Shown here piece by piece: positions 10,202 through 19,762 of a DNA stretch of 64,000 bases. The position numbers and the translations under genes were made by a program. This DNA is from a virus (Duplodnaviria > Caudoviricetes): the IMG/VR virus record IMGVR_UViG_3300042558_004043; one strand, given 5' to 3'. Positions within the stretch are counted from its first letter, which is position 1, and every line of letters begins with the position of its first letter. The notes below the pieces were generated by a model. The model had not been told where the DNA came from, did no database searches, and saw only the letters and a list, made by a program, of their open reading frames with translations.

Positions 10202-11056
10202 ATGAATTTAAAACAAACTGCAAAAGAAATTAGAGAAATATTAGATAAACGACGTAAAGATATTGAGTTAACTTTTATTGAGGAAGAACACAAATATTTT
10301 ATGAAAGGATTGGATGGTGAGGTCAGGAGTGATTTTCCTTCGGTGTCCAAATTGTTAAAAAAGTTCTACGAGGAGTTTCCTGCTGAGGAGATATCATTAA
10401 AGAAAGCCAAAGGTGATGTAGTAGAACAACAAAGACTACTTGCGGAATGGAAAGCGGCTGGCGATTACTCAACTAACATGGGTAGTAGAGTCCACTACTT
10501 TTTGGAGAAAAAGATACTTGAAATGTATGAGTATGATAAAGATGTTAGGGTTCCTGATTTTGATTGTGATTTCACACAAATTTTAAAGGGTGATAGTATG
10601 ATTAATGCCGGTACTAACTACCTAAAACTTATGAAAGAAAGAGGTGGTGAACTTTTGGATACTGAGATTGTTTTAGGAGACCCAGGACTTGGATATGTGG
10701 GTCAACCCGATAAAGTTTGGTTGATTGAGGGTAAAGATAAAAAGAGTATAGGATTAATCATAACTGATTGGAAAACTAATAAGCCAAAGAATTTCGAGGA
10801 GAACCAATTTACAAAAAGAATGAAGGTTCCCTTCCAAAAACATCCTGACAATGCGTTAGGTCACTACTTCCTCCAACTACCATTTTATGGAAAATTACTT
10901 AAGGAAATGTTAAAAGGGTCAAAGTATGAGGATATTAACTTTTTTGGTTGTATCATTGTGCTACTAAAAGAAAATTCCGATTTTGAAGAGTTTAGAGTAC
11001 CTAAAGATGTTATTGATACGGTATTTTCTATGAATATGAAACAATATTTATCTTAA
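10202..11056 (+). CDS. PD-(D/E)xK exonuclease, Cas4/RecB-like
   Basis: GSRVHYFLE, GQPDKV, ITDWKT, LQLPFY motifs. Confidence 0.75.
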   Translation: MNLKQTAKEIREILDKRRKDIELTFIEEEHKYFMKGLDGEVRSDFPSVSKLLKKFYEEFPAEEISLKKAKGDVVEQQRLLAEWKAAGDYSTNMGSRVHYFLEKKILEMYEYDKDVRVPDFDCDFTQILKGDSMINAGTNYLKLMKERGGELLDTEIVLGDPGLGYVGQPDKVWLIEGKDKKSIGLIITDWKTNKPKNFEENQFTKRMKVPFQKHPDNALGHYFLQLPFYGKLLKEMLKGSKYEDINFFGCIIVLLKENSDFEEFRVPKDVIDTVFSMNMKQYLS

Positions 11057-11074
11057 CACTAAAAAATAAACGCT

Positions 11075-11611
11075 ATGAAAAACTTATTAATTTTATTTTC
11101 ACTTATTTTAACAATTTTTATTTACGCTCAAGTAACTCATAAAAATCCGGATTGTAAACCTAAAACAAATGCGGAAAAAATGTATGAATCAATATTAATA
11201 CATGCGGACTCGTTTGATGTTCCGTTATATATTGCATTTAATGTGGCTCGGTTGGAGACAGGTTATTTAGGTCCTAACCATAAAAATTATAACCACAAAC
11301 AAGTATCTAAAGCCGGTGCGGTTGGACCAATGCAAATTATGCCACAATACGCTTCGTTTTTTGCAGGGTTTCCGGTCAATAAAAAAGAACTAAAAGATAA
11401 CATTGATTTGAATGTTTATATATCAATGAAACTTTTGGCTCAACACTTTAAAAAATATGGAAATTGGAAAAAAGTATTGGGTGCCTATAACACAGGTAGA
11501 CCAATTATAAATGATTACGCCAAAAAAGGTGTTAAACCAGATTATTTGAAATACTGGATACCTAATCCTGTCGAAAGAGATACTATTGAGTTTTTAACAA
11601 TCAAAGGATAG
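11075..11611 (+). CDS. Lytic transglycosylase (SLT domain) with N-terminal signal/anchor
   Basis: ARLETG catalytic Glu, SKAGAVGPMQIMP, LGAYNTG; hydrophobic N-terminus. Confidence 0.85.
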   Translation: MKNLLILFSLILTIFIYAQVTHKNPDCKPKTNAEKMYESILIHADSFDVPLYIAFNVARLETGYLGPNHKNYNHKQVSKAGAVGPMQIMPQYASFFAGFPVNKKELKDNIDLNVYISMKLLAQHFKKYGNWKKVLGAYNTGRPIINDYAKKGVKPDYLKYWIPNPVERDTIEFLTIKG

Positions 11612-11657
11612 GTACTTGATTGTTCGGTTTTTGTTTAGTATGTTTTCATAAAAAAAT

Positions 11658-11882
11658 ATGGAAGATTTATTACCGAAAATTGATTTGAAAACACAACCTA
11701 CTGAGGTTTGTGAAAGTTGTGGAAGTGAGTATTTTAAGGAAGTCGTTTTAATTAAAAGGGTGTCTAAGCTCTACACAGGTAGTTCTGAAGACACCCTTGT
11801 TCCTTTTCCTACATACATGTGTGAAAAGTGTGGTCACGTTAACAAAGAATTTGCTTTATTTGATAAAGGAACTCAACTATGA
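11658..11882 (+). CDS. Small zinc-ribbon protein
   Basis: CESC...CEKC. Confidence 0.7.
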   Translation: MEDLLPKIDLKTQPTEVCESCGSEYFKEVVLIKRVSKLYTGSSEDTLVPFPTYMCEKCGHVNKEFALFDKGTQL

Positions 11883-12658
11883 TAAAAAAACTAATACACT
11901 TTAGTGACCTACACGTTAGGTTATTTAAGGACCATAACCTATACCGAAGTATATTGGAAGAGGCATTTAGTCAGTGGAGGAAAATTAATCCTGATAGAAT
12001 TGTTTTTACTGGTGATTTAGTTCATAGTAAAAACCAAATGACACCTGAACTCGTTGAGTTCATTGCATGGGTGATAACTGAGTGTTCAAAAATTGCAAAA
12101 ACTATTTTGATACCTGGTAATCACGACTTCTTAGAAAATAATATGGAAAGATTGGATGCGTTAACACCCGTTGTTGATTCATTGAAAAATGATATGGTGG
12201 TTTACTACAAAAATAGAGGGGTTTATCAAGATGCAAATATTGATTGGTGTGTTTATTCACTTATGGACCATAACATTCCACCCGATATTACTAAAAACGA
12301 TAGAAAGAAAATTGGATTGTTCCATGGACCAGTCCAAGGGTTGACAACCGATGTTGGATACAAGTTTGATAGTGGATTTGAATCAGATAAGTTTGATGGT
12401 TGTGACCTTGTTCTGTGTGGTGATATCCATAAGAGACAGGTGTTTAACATACCTGGGGGTAAGAAGGCTTACATGATTGGTTCAACTATTCAACAAAACT
12501 TTGGTGAAACAATTGAAAAACACGGATATGGTATATATGATGTGGAAAATGACAAATACGATTTTGTTAATTTGGTAAATCCAAAACCTTTCATATCATT
12601 CAAATTAAATTCTTATGACCAAATAATTGATGGAACAGAAAAACTCCTTAACTATTAA
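11879..12658 (+). CDS. Metallophosphoesterase, Mre11/SbcD/gp47-like nuclease subunit
   Basis: SDLH, GDLVH, PGNHD, FHG, GDIHK calcineurin-like motifs; near an SbcC-like gene. Confidence 0.85.
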   Translation: MIKKLIHFSDLHVRLFKDHNLYRSILEEAFSQWRKINPDRIVFTGDLVHSKNQMTPELVEFIAWVITECSKIAKTILIPGNHDFLENNMERLDALTPVVDSLKNDMVVYYKNRGVYQDANIDWCVYSLMDHNIPPDITKNDRKKIGLFHGPVQGLTTDVGYKFDSGFESDKFDGCDLVLCGDIHKRQVFNIPGGKKAYMIGSTIQQNFGETIEKHGYGIYDVENDKYDFVNLVNPKPFISFKLNSYDQIIDGTEKLLNY

Positions 12659-13124
12659 TTTAAGTATTCAAGACCATAAGGACTTGATGACTTTTTGTGA
12701 GATAAATGAAATAAAGTTAGTTGATGACTTCGCAAGACTTTGTTTCAGAAAGGGGTATTATATAGAGAAGTATGGTTTATTAAATCAAGGTCAATTACCT
12801 GAAGTTATTGACCGTGAATTGGAGAAAGAGGTTATTAAAGAAGTTATAGTTGAGAAGGAAGTTTTCATTGAAAAACCTGTTATTGACAATACAAAGATTG
12901 ATGAGTTACAAAACGAAATTTATATTTTGAAAGGTAAACTTGAAAATCAAAAAGAAGTTGAATGTGGTAAATTACAGGAAACTTTGATGAACTTAAACAG
13001 ACAACTAGGTGAAAAGAATGATGTGATAAAAGAATTAAGAAATAAGGTTGAGGACCTTGAAAATCTCACAAAAACTTCTTATGCTTTCTACATGAAAAGT
13101 TCAAATTTAAAAGATAGATTATAA
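12627..13124 (+). CDS. Hypothetical coiled-coil protein
   Basis: 165-aa ORF in operon context; EK-rich heptads. Confidence 0.7.
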   Translation: MMEQKNSLTINLSIQDHKDLMTFCEINEIKLVDDFARLCFRKGYYIEKYGLLNQGQLPEVIDRELEKEVIKEVIVEKEVFIEKPVIDNTKIDELQNEIYILKGKLENQKEVECGKLQETLMNLNRQLGEKNDVIKELRNKVEDLENLTKTSYAFYMKSSNLKDRL

Positions 13125-13136
13125 AACAAACAAAAA

Positions 13137-13481
13137 ATGATGACAACTTTAATTGCATGGTTCGTGTTGGCCTACGGGTTTTCCAACATTATGGTTTATG
13201 GTAGTATTTTCGAAGGATTTAGAACTACCATAAGTTTATTGGGAAATAGATTCTCAATATTTAAATTCTTCTCTGACCTATTGTCCTGTATGATGTGTAC
13301 TTCTACATGGGTTGGATTTTTCTTGGGACTTGCCCTTATCTCCCCCTCTCATTACTTATTCTTAACTCCAAAATGGATATCATGGTTTTTCGACGGACTC
13401 ATGGCTTCAGGGGCGGTATGGGCGATTAACTCAGTTGTTGAGTGGTTCGAAGAAAACAGACCAAAAACTAATCATTTATAA
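13137..13481 (+). CDS. Membrane protein, DUF1360-like
   Basis: Three hydrophobic segments; LLSCMMCTSTWVG motif. Confidence 0.6.
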   Translation: MMTTLIAWFVLAYGFSNIMVYGSIFEGFRTTISLLGNRFSIFKFFSDLLSCMMCTSTWVGFFLGLALISPSHYLFLTPKWISWFFDGLMASGAVWAINSVVEWFEENRPKTNHL

Positions 13482-13491
13482 ATTTAATATT

Positions 13492-13686
13492 ATGCCAAAA
13501 TCAAGAACTAGAAAAAATCACAAACAAAAGGTTGAAAATCGTAACAACCTACTCAAGGGTGTTCGACGTAAGATGGAAAAAGAATATACTGAAATGTTGG
13601 AAAAACAACTTCAGCAATATCAAGAACAAATGTCAGCCATGACAGAAGAGAACAACTCAGAAGTAGTTGACGTTACCCCACTTTAA
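13492..13686 (+). CDS. Small basic hypothetical protein
   Basis: ATG at 13492 (MPKSRTRKNHK) preferred over the track start. Confidence 0.65.
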   Translation: MPKSRTRKNHKQKVENRNNLLKGVRRKMEKEYTEMLEKQLQQYQEQMSAMTEENNSEVVDVTPL

Positions 13687-13689
13687 TAT

Positions 13690-16062
13690 ATGGATTTGTT
13701 TAATCCACCGCCCAATTTTAATTATAAAAATATGACTCACGATTTAAAAGTAGAAAATTTAGAAAACCCTTATATACAAGTCGTTTGGGAGGATTATGCG
13801 GAGAATTTCACTCAAGAAAAGATTAAAAGTGTTAGACAGTATTTCCAAAAAAAATACTTCTCAACTAATGTGAATGTTATAACCAAAACAATCATAACTG
13901 AAGAGACGACACATACTGTTGACATATCTTTTAATATTCTTGATAAGAACTATCAACATGAACTAATAAAGTCATATTTGAAATCCAAATCAAATGAGGA
14001 ATTATTTGAAGAAGTTTATAAATTGGATTCAGTGGTGGATAACAAATTGGTGTTAGACCAGTCAGAAGCGTCCCCATTCAAAAGATGGTACATTAAAAAC
14101 ATTGAGTTCTCAAATTTTCTATCTTATGGTGAAAACCAAAAGTTGGATTTTGAAAAGTGTAATGGTATTAGTGTAGTTGAGTCTAACCCTCCAAATTTTG
14201 GTGGTAAGACGGTTCTGACGGTTGATTTACTTTTATTTCTTTTCTTTAACGAAACTACCAAAACAACAAAGGCTGAGGAAGTCTTTAATAGATTTACCGA
14301 TAAGAATAAAGTATCGGTTAAAGGTGAAATTGTTATTGATGGGGATGAATATATTATTGTTCGTAACATTGAAAGAAAGAAAGCGAAATCGGGGGAATGG
14401 AATGTTAAGACTGAATTGGATTTCTTTAAAAAGTTATCCGATGGTAGTTTACAGAACTTTACGGGAGAGCAAAGAAGAGAGACTGAAACTTTTATCAAAA
14501 CATCGATTGGGTCTAAGGATGACTTTTTGATGACAATCCTAACAACCGCAACCAATTTGGAGGAACTTATTGACTCCAAACCAACGGCTCGTGGTCAGGT
14601 ATTGTCTCGTTTTATGGGACTGGACTTTTTGAAAAGAAAGGAAGAAGCCGCTAAGGAAATCTATGGAGAGTTCTCAAAGTCGATGATATCCAATATCTAC
14701 AATAGTGAACAGTTAAAGACGGATATTGAAACTTATAATGAAACCATAGATACTAACAATAAGTCCATAACATTAGAACAAGGTAACTTAATTGACGTTC
14801 AAAATCGTATTACCAAAGGACAAGATTATCGTGATGGTTTATTGAAAAATAAACATACGGATATTGATAAAGAGATTGGTATGTTACAACCTGATAAGGT
14901 TAAGACTGAAATATCAGAATTGGAGATTCAAAAAACACAAGTTGAAAAACAATTATCTGAAATCAAAGTTGTAGAACCAAGTCAGTATTACCACGAAGAC
15001 GAGCACGATAAGGTTAAGGAAGAATATAATACCGCATATAAGAAAAAAGTTGAGGTTGACACAAACATAAGTTCAATCGAAAAACTTAAAAGTTCTGTTA
15101 GTGGTGGAATAAAGTGTGAACATTGTGGTATAGAACTTATGAACGCCGCAATTACACAAACAAGAATATCTGAGCTTGACGGATTTATCCAACATAAAGG
15201 TGAAATTGAGGGGTTAATGCGGGATTTATCCGGCAAAGAGGAAGGTTTTGTTACACTTAAAAAAGAGTTCGATGAGTACGAAAAGAATAAGTTAATCAAA
15301 GAAAAATTGGAACTTAACATTGAAAGTATCAATTTTAAAATTGAAAAACTTAATGACAAGTTAACAAAATACGAACAAGCCCAAGAAAAGATTCAGACCA
15401 ACAACAAAATTGATGAAATGTTGATAAAGGCGGACATTCGTCTTAATGAACTTGAAATCGAAAAAGACGGTATTAACAAAAAGATGACAGGATATCAATT
15501 TGAAATTGATAGTCTGAATGAAAAGATTGTTAATAACGAAAAGTTAATTGAAAAAATTAAGGAAGAATCGTCAAAGGAACGGGTTTATAAGGTATATTTG
15601 GAAACATTTGGTAAAAATGGCATCTCCAAACTAATTATGAAAACAATGATGCCTTTAATTAATTCGGAATTACAAAGGTTGCTTGAAGATAGTAGTCATT
15701 TTAGATTGGAAATACGAATCAATGACAAGAATGAAGTTGAGTTCCTGATGATTGATAACAATACTCAAATTGAAAAATTGATGTCATCAGGTTCGGGTTA
15801 TGAAAGAACTATAGCTTCTTTAGCTTTAAGAGCCGTATTGAGTAAGATATGTTCTTTACCAAAACCAAACATTATAGTTTTTGATGAGGTATTTGGGAAG
15901 ATTTCGAATGAAAATCTTGATATGGTATCAGAGTTCTTCAAGAAAATAAAAGAATATTTTGAAAAAATATTTGTAATAACACACAACCCTTTGGTTACAA
16001 ATTGGTCAGATAATGTTGTCAGAATAGAAAAAGTTGATAACATTAGTTTTGTGAATCAATAA
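13690..16062 (+). CDS. Rad50/SbcC/gp46-like SMC ATPase with zinc hook
   Basis: Walker A-like NFGGKT, long coiled coil with central CEHC, signature SGSGYE, Walker B IVFDEVFG, H-loop ITHN. Confidence 0.88.
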   Translation: MDLFNPPPNFNYKNMTHDLKVENLENPYIQVVWEDYAENFTQEKIKSVRQYFQKKYFSTNVNVITKTIITEETTHTVDISFNILDKNYQHELIKSYLKSKSNEELFEEVYKLDSVVDNKLVLDQSEASPFKRWYIKNIEFSNFLSYGENQKLDFEKCNGISVVESNPPNFGGKTVLTVDLLLFLFFNETTKTTKAEEVFNRFTDKNKVSVKGEIVIDGDEYIIVRNIERKKAKSGEWNVKTELDFFKKLSDGSLQNFTGEQRRETETFIKTSIGSKDDFLMTILTTATNLEELIDSKPTARGQVLSRFMGLDFLKRKEEAAKEIYGEFSKSMISNIYNSEQLKTDIETYNETIDTNNKSITLEQGNLIDVQNRITKGQDYRDGLLKNKHTDIDKEIGMLQPDKVKTEISELEIQKTQVEKQLSEIKVVEPSQYYHEDEHDKVKEEYNTAYKKKVEVDTNISSIEKLKSSVSGGIKCEHCGIELMNAAITQTRISELDGFIQHKGEIEGLMRDLSGKEEGFVTLKKEFDEYEKNKLIKEKLELNIESINFKIEKLNDKLTKYEQAQEKIQTNNKIDEMLIKADIRLNELEIEKDGINKKMTGYQFEIDSLNEKIVNNEKLIEKIKEESSKERVYKVYLETFGKNGISKLIMKTMMPLINSELQRLLEDSSHFRLEIRINDKNEVEFLMIDNNTQIEKLMSSGSGYERTIASLALRAVLSKICSLPKPNIIVFDEVFGKISNENLDMVSEFFKKIKEYFEKIFVITHNPLVTNWSDNVVRIEKVDNISFVNQ

Positions 16063-16091
16063 TTTTAATTATTTTTGTAAAAAAAAACTAT

Positions 16092-16646
16092 ATGAAGTAC
16101 ATTATTTTTATGTTCGGTGGAATGGAAAAACAAGATGAATTTGTTAACTCACTATGTGATAATATTATCTTGAACATTAAAGTTGATTATATAAAATTTT
16201 TCTATGGTGATACCTCTTGTGTTTATACTTTTAAGAGCGAATCACAATTTGAAGAGGTATCAAAAACTATCACCAAAATATTACAAAATGTAAAAGTGTC
16301 TTATTTCTTATTACCTTATAGTGACTTTGAGATTGATGTTAAAATTGACGAAGAAACACTTGAACATTTATTTGGTAAAGATTTAGATGAAGAAGTGCCC
16401 GATTCCGATGATATGGATTTGGTTGAACCACAAACTTTTTTTTCAAGATTGGACGAGGCACTAGCGAATATGAAAGAAAATATAGAAGACTATGATGATG
16501 AGATTGATATTGACATACTACCAAGATTGAAGAAGAAGAAACAAACCAAAACTCTTGATGAAATTTTGGACCAGATTAACGAAAATGGTTTAAATTCGCT
16601 CACTGAAGAAGACAAACAACTTTTAGAAAAATACTCAAATATATAA
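16092..16646 (+). CDS. Hypothetical protein with C-terminal DUF6576-like helical motif
   Basis: LDEILDQINENGLNSLTEEDKQLLEKYS. Confidence 0.6.
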   Translation: MKYIIFMFGGMEKQDEFVNSLCDNIILNIKVDYIKFFYGDTSCVYTFKSESQFEEVSKTITKILQNVKVSYFLLPYSDFEIDVKIDEETLEHLFGKDLDEEVPDSDDMDLVEPQTFFSRLDEALANMKENIEDYDDEIDIDILPRLKKKKQTKTLDEILDQINENGLNSLTEEDKQLLEKYSNI

Positions 16647-16647
16647 T

Positions 16648-17448
16648 ATGAAAGAAAAAAACACTGGCATTCCGATTAATCAAGAAGAAATTCAACATTA
16701 CCTAAAAGATATTCGTAAAATTAAGGTTATGACTCCTGAAAGGGAAAAAGAATTGGCTAAATTGATTCAATCTGAAAACATAACCAAGAAACAACGAGAT
16801 GAAATCAACCAAGAAATTTTGGAAGGAAATCTCAGATTCGTTATCACGGTTGCAAAACAATACCAAAATCAAGGTTTGGATTTTCCTGACTTGATTGCTG
16901 AGGGTAACTTAGGTCTATTGAAAGCCATTCAAAACTTTGATTGGAGTAAGAACTTACGTTTTATATCATACGCAGTATGGTGGGTTAAACAATCAATCCT
17001 TCAATCACTTAATGACAATGCTCGTACAATTCGACTCCCTGTTAATGTGGTACAGGACCTACAAAGAGCAAAGAAAGAGGTTGCATCTAAAGGTGGAAAA
17101 CTTGATGACCGATTTGAAATGTTACCTTCAATCATTGATTTGGATATGAACATAAATGAAGAAGGTGATACTTTGGTTGATGTAATTAAGAATGAAGAAG
17201 CGGACATGCCTGACGCGGTGTTTAATAACAAAGATGTTCTTAAGACAGAACTAGTTGGGTTGTTAAACATTTTGGATGAGAGAGAAAGAATAATTATAAT
17301 GGATTATTTCGGACTATCGGGTACACCAAGAACACTCGAAGATATAGGGTCTGACTTTAATTTGACTAAAGAAAGAGTAAGACAAATTAAAGAAAAAGCA
17401 CTAAGAAAACTGAGGAACGAAAGTTCGGTTTTGTTCGACTACATGTAA
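16648..17448 (+). CDS. RNA polymerase sigma-70 factor, RpoD-like, lacking region 1.1
   Basis: Region 2 NLRFVITVAKQYQNQGL...EGNLGL...FISYAVWW; region 4 TLEDIG..FNLTKERVRQIKEKALRKLR. Confidence 0.93.
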   Translation: MKEKNTGIPINQEEIQHYLKDIRKIKVMTPEREKELAKLIQSENITKKQRDEINQEILEGNLRFVITVAKQYQNQGLDFPDLIAEGNLGLLKAIQNFDWSKNLRFISYAVWWVKQSILQSLNDNARTIRLPVNVVQDLQRAKKEVASKGGKLDDRFEMLPSIIDLDMNINEEGDTLVDVIKNEEADMPDAVFNNKDVLKTELVGLLNILDERERIIIMDYFGLSGTPRTLEDIGSDFNLTKERVRQIKEKALRKLRNESSVLFDYM

Positions 17449-17454
17449 AAAACA

Positions 17455-17488
17455 AAAAACCTTCTATTTATTATGATAGAAGGTTTTT
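17455..17488. terminator. Bidirectional intrinsic terminator-like hairpin
   Basis: aaaaaccttcta-tttattatga-tagaaggttttt, immediately after the sigma gene. Confidence 0.7.
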
Positions 17489-17513
17489 TATTTTATTTAA
17501 AAACTAATTTGAT

Positions 17514-17807
17514 ATGAAAAATTTTTTAAACATTTTGGATGTATGGGGGGTTAGATTAATGACCCTATTGGTTATTATTATTTTTATGAAAACTTGTTCT
17601 ACAAACTCTCGAGTAGATAAAGTTAAAACACAAGTACAATTAAATAACGCAAAAATAGATTCTTTAGCCATTGAGTTGAGAAAAGAAATCAGAATCGAAG
17701 GTCTTGAAACCGAAAGAAGAATGATTCAATCAACCGATAGAGATATCATGGATGTGAATAGACAGGGTAAAATTGGAGAGATAATCGACAGTTTAAGAGT
17801 CCAGTAA
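17514..17807 (+). CDS. Membrane-anchored coiled-coil protein
   Basis: N-terminal TM/lipobox-like (FMKTC) followed by coiled coil. Confidence 0.65.
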   Translation: MKNFLNILDVWGVRLMTLLVIIIFMKTCSTNSRVDKVKTQVQLNNAKIDSLAIELRKEIRIEGLETERRMIQSTDRDIMDVNRQGKIGEIIDSLRVQ

Positions 17808-18547
17808 TGATAAAGAAGTCTTTACAGTGGATTAAGGATAATCCAAACAGAACAATGTTCCTGGTTCCAATTATATTGGTGGCCGGAATATCAATCTCTC
17901 ACGTAGTTGCATGGTACGATATTGCTAACCCGATTAATTGGGCAATTTACCTTTCAATCGCAATTGAGGTAGGAGCAATGACTGCTCTTGTTGCCGCAAC
18001 AAATAAAATTAAGGGTGGAGTTTGGTTTATGTTTGGGTTGGTAACCTTAATACAAATGATAGGTAACATTTTTTATTCGTATAAAGAAATCGATGCTAAT
18101 AGTGAATTGTTCAAAGCATGGATGGAGTTAACTTCACCACTTTGGGAGGCTTTAGGGTCCGATACGAATGATGTTATCTCATTAAAAAGATGGTTGGCGT
18201 TTTTAGAGGGGGGATTACTTCCGATAATTTCATTAACGTCATTACACTTCTTTACAAAATATGATAGTGGTAAAAAGTCTGAAGTGGTTGTTGAAGAAAA
18301 GATTGTTGAGGTGGAAAAAATTGTTGAAGTTGAAAAGATTGTAGAAGTACCGGTTGAAATAGAAAAAATTGTAGAAAAATTAATCGAAGTACCGGTTGAG
18401 GTAGAAAAAATTGTAGAGGTTCCTGTCGAAGTTGAAAAAATAGTTGAGAGAATAGTGGAAGTTCCGGTTGAAAATAAGATAGATGAAGTGATTGAAGAAC
18501 CAACAGAAACTGATTCGCAGGTAAAAAGACTAACCTACAGAAAATAA
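17807..18547 (+). CDS. Multi-pass membrane protein with VEKIVEVP repeats
   Basis: Four hydrophobic segments; C-terminal tandem VEKIVEVP(V) repeats. Confidence 0.7.
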   Translation: MIKKSLQWIKDNPNRTMFLVPIILVAGISISHVVAWYDIANPINWAIYLSIAIEVGAMTALVAATNKIKGGVWFMFGLVTLIQMIGNIFYSYKEIDANSELFKAWMELTSPLWEALGSDTNDVISLKRWLAFLEGGLLPIISLTSLHFFTKYDSGKKSEVVVEEKIVEVEKIVEVEKIVEVPVEIEKIVEKLIEVPVEVEKIVEVPVEVEKIVERIVEVPVENKIDEVIEEPTETDSQVKRLTYRK

Positions 18548-18567
18548 ATCACAAATTGTGATGCATT

Positions 18568-19173
18568 ATGATAGATGTTATCAAATACGGTGATTTCAAA
18601 CCGACAGGAAAACAAAAGAAAAAACAACAGATTATTATCCAACACACTTCAAGAAACATTGAAGAGTATCTATTAGGTCTTAAATATAGATTTAATGGTA
18701 GGTATAAAAAAATACCTAATTATGTTGTAAGTCGAGATGGTAAGGTTTTACAACTTTTAAATAATGAATCTTACGGTAAAACATTTTCTGAGGAAAATAT
18801 TAATAGAAATTCCATAGTTATTTCTTTAGAGAATTTGGGATGGTTGGAAAAAGAACCACTAAATAATCAATACGTTAACTGGATTGGAGATATTTATAAG
18901 GGTGATGTGTATGAAAAAAAATGGAGAGACTATTTTTTCTGGCAACCTTATACTGAAACCCAAATAGAATACACGGCAAAGTTGTGTAAGAAAATTTCAG
19001 AAGAAACAGGAATTCCGGTTGAAGTTGTAGAACATAACACACGTATAAATGGGGTTGAAAAATTTAGGGGGATAACATCAAAAAGTAATTTCGATAGTGT
19101 TTTTACTGAATTGAGTCCGGCTTTTAATTTTGAAACATTTTTAAAATATTTGAATGATGAACAATTCACATGA
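18568..19173 (+). CDS. N-acetylmuramoyl-L-alanine amidase (Amidase_2-like)
   Basis: IIIQHTS, YVVSRDGKVLQL, NSIVISLEN, YTETQIE..LCKKI, SPAF pattern. Confidence 0.7.
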   Translation: MIDVIKYGDFKPTGKQKKKQQIIIQHTSRNIEEYLLGLKYRFNGRYKKIPNYVVSRDGKVLQLLNNESYGKTFSEENINRNSIVISLENLGWLEKEPLNNQYVNWIGDIYKGDVYEKKWRDYFFWQPYTETQIEYTAKLCKKISEETGIPVEVVEHNTRINGVEKFRGITSKSNFDSVFTELSPAFNFETFLKYLNDEQFT

Positions 19174-19762
19174 TGAAATTAAGAACTTATTGAAAGCTTC
19201 AAGAAACATGCTTTCTAATAATAGAATTAATGAACAGATAAGTGATATCAAAAGTAAATATGGTATCATAACAGAACAAGGGTCTGATTTGGCTTCTGAT
19301 AATATCAGTAAACCAATGAATATAGCTAAGTCAGTTGAGGATAAAATAGAAGATGACGCTGAACCTGATAGAGATAAAAGTCAAGGATATAGAATTTCTG
19401 GAGGTATCTTAGTTCTCCACGGGAAAGATTCGTCTGACCTAGAATTGACAACCGATGACAAAATCGCTTTCCAAGAAACTATGGATGAGTTTGTTAATGA
19501 GGTTTCAGATTTGGTTGACTTTAATAAGTTAAATGTTTATCCAAATAACGTAGAATGGTCAGGTAAAATCATAGACTTTGACATTGAATTTTTCTTTTCA
19601 ATTGGAGAAGATGGAGGAATGTACATCAATGGTGATATGATTAAAGCGGATGAAAATTTTTTAGAGATGATTAATAAGTTGAAAACTTACTATGATAAAT
19701 TTAAGTCAAAATGGGCAAAAGTTTTGGCATCACGTAAGAAAACAAACAAAACAGAACAATGA
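19154..19762 (+). CDS. Hypothetical protein (probable head-associated)
   Basis: 202-aa ORF; INE/ITE motifs near N-terminus. Confidence 0.6.
   Translation: MMNNSHDEIKNLLKASRNMLSNNRINEQISDIKSKYGIITEQGSDLASDNISKPMNIAKSVEDKIEDDAEPDRDKSQGYRISGGILVLHGKDSSDLELTTDDKIAFQETMDEFVNEVSDLVDFNKLNVYPNNVEWSGKIIDFDIEFFFSIGEDGGMYINGDMIKADENFLEMINKLKTYYDKFKSKWAKVLASRKKTNKTEQ

Noticed and set aside
10202-11056. Cas4-like gene as evidence of CRISPR-Cas
   Set aside because: No array or other cas genes; solo Cas4-like nucleases are common in phage replication modules
14124-17270. Minus-strand ORFs antisense to the SbcC-like and sigma genes
   Set aside because: Shadow ORFs with no start context or motifs, fully overlapping well-supported genes
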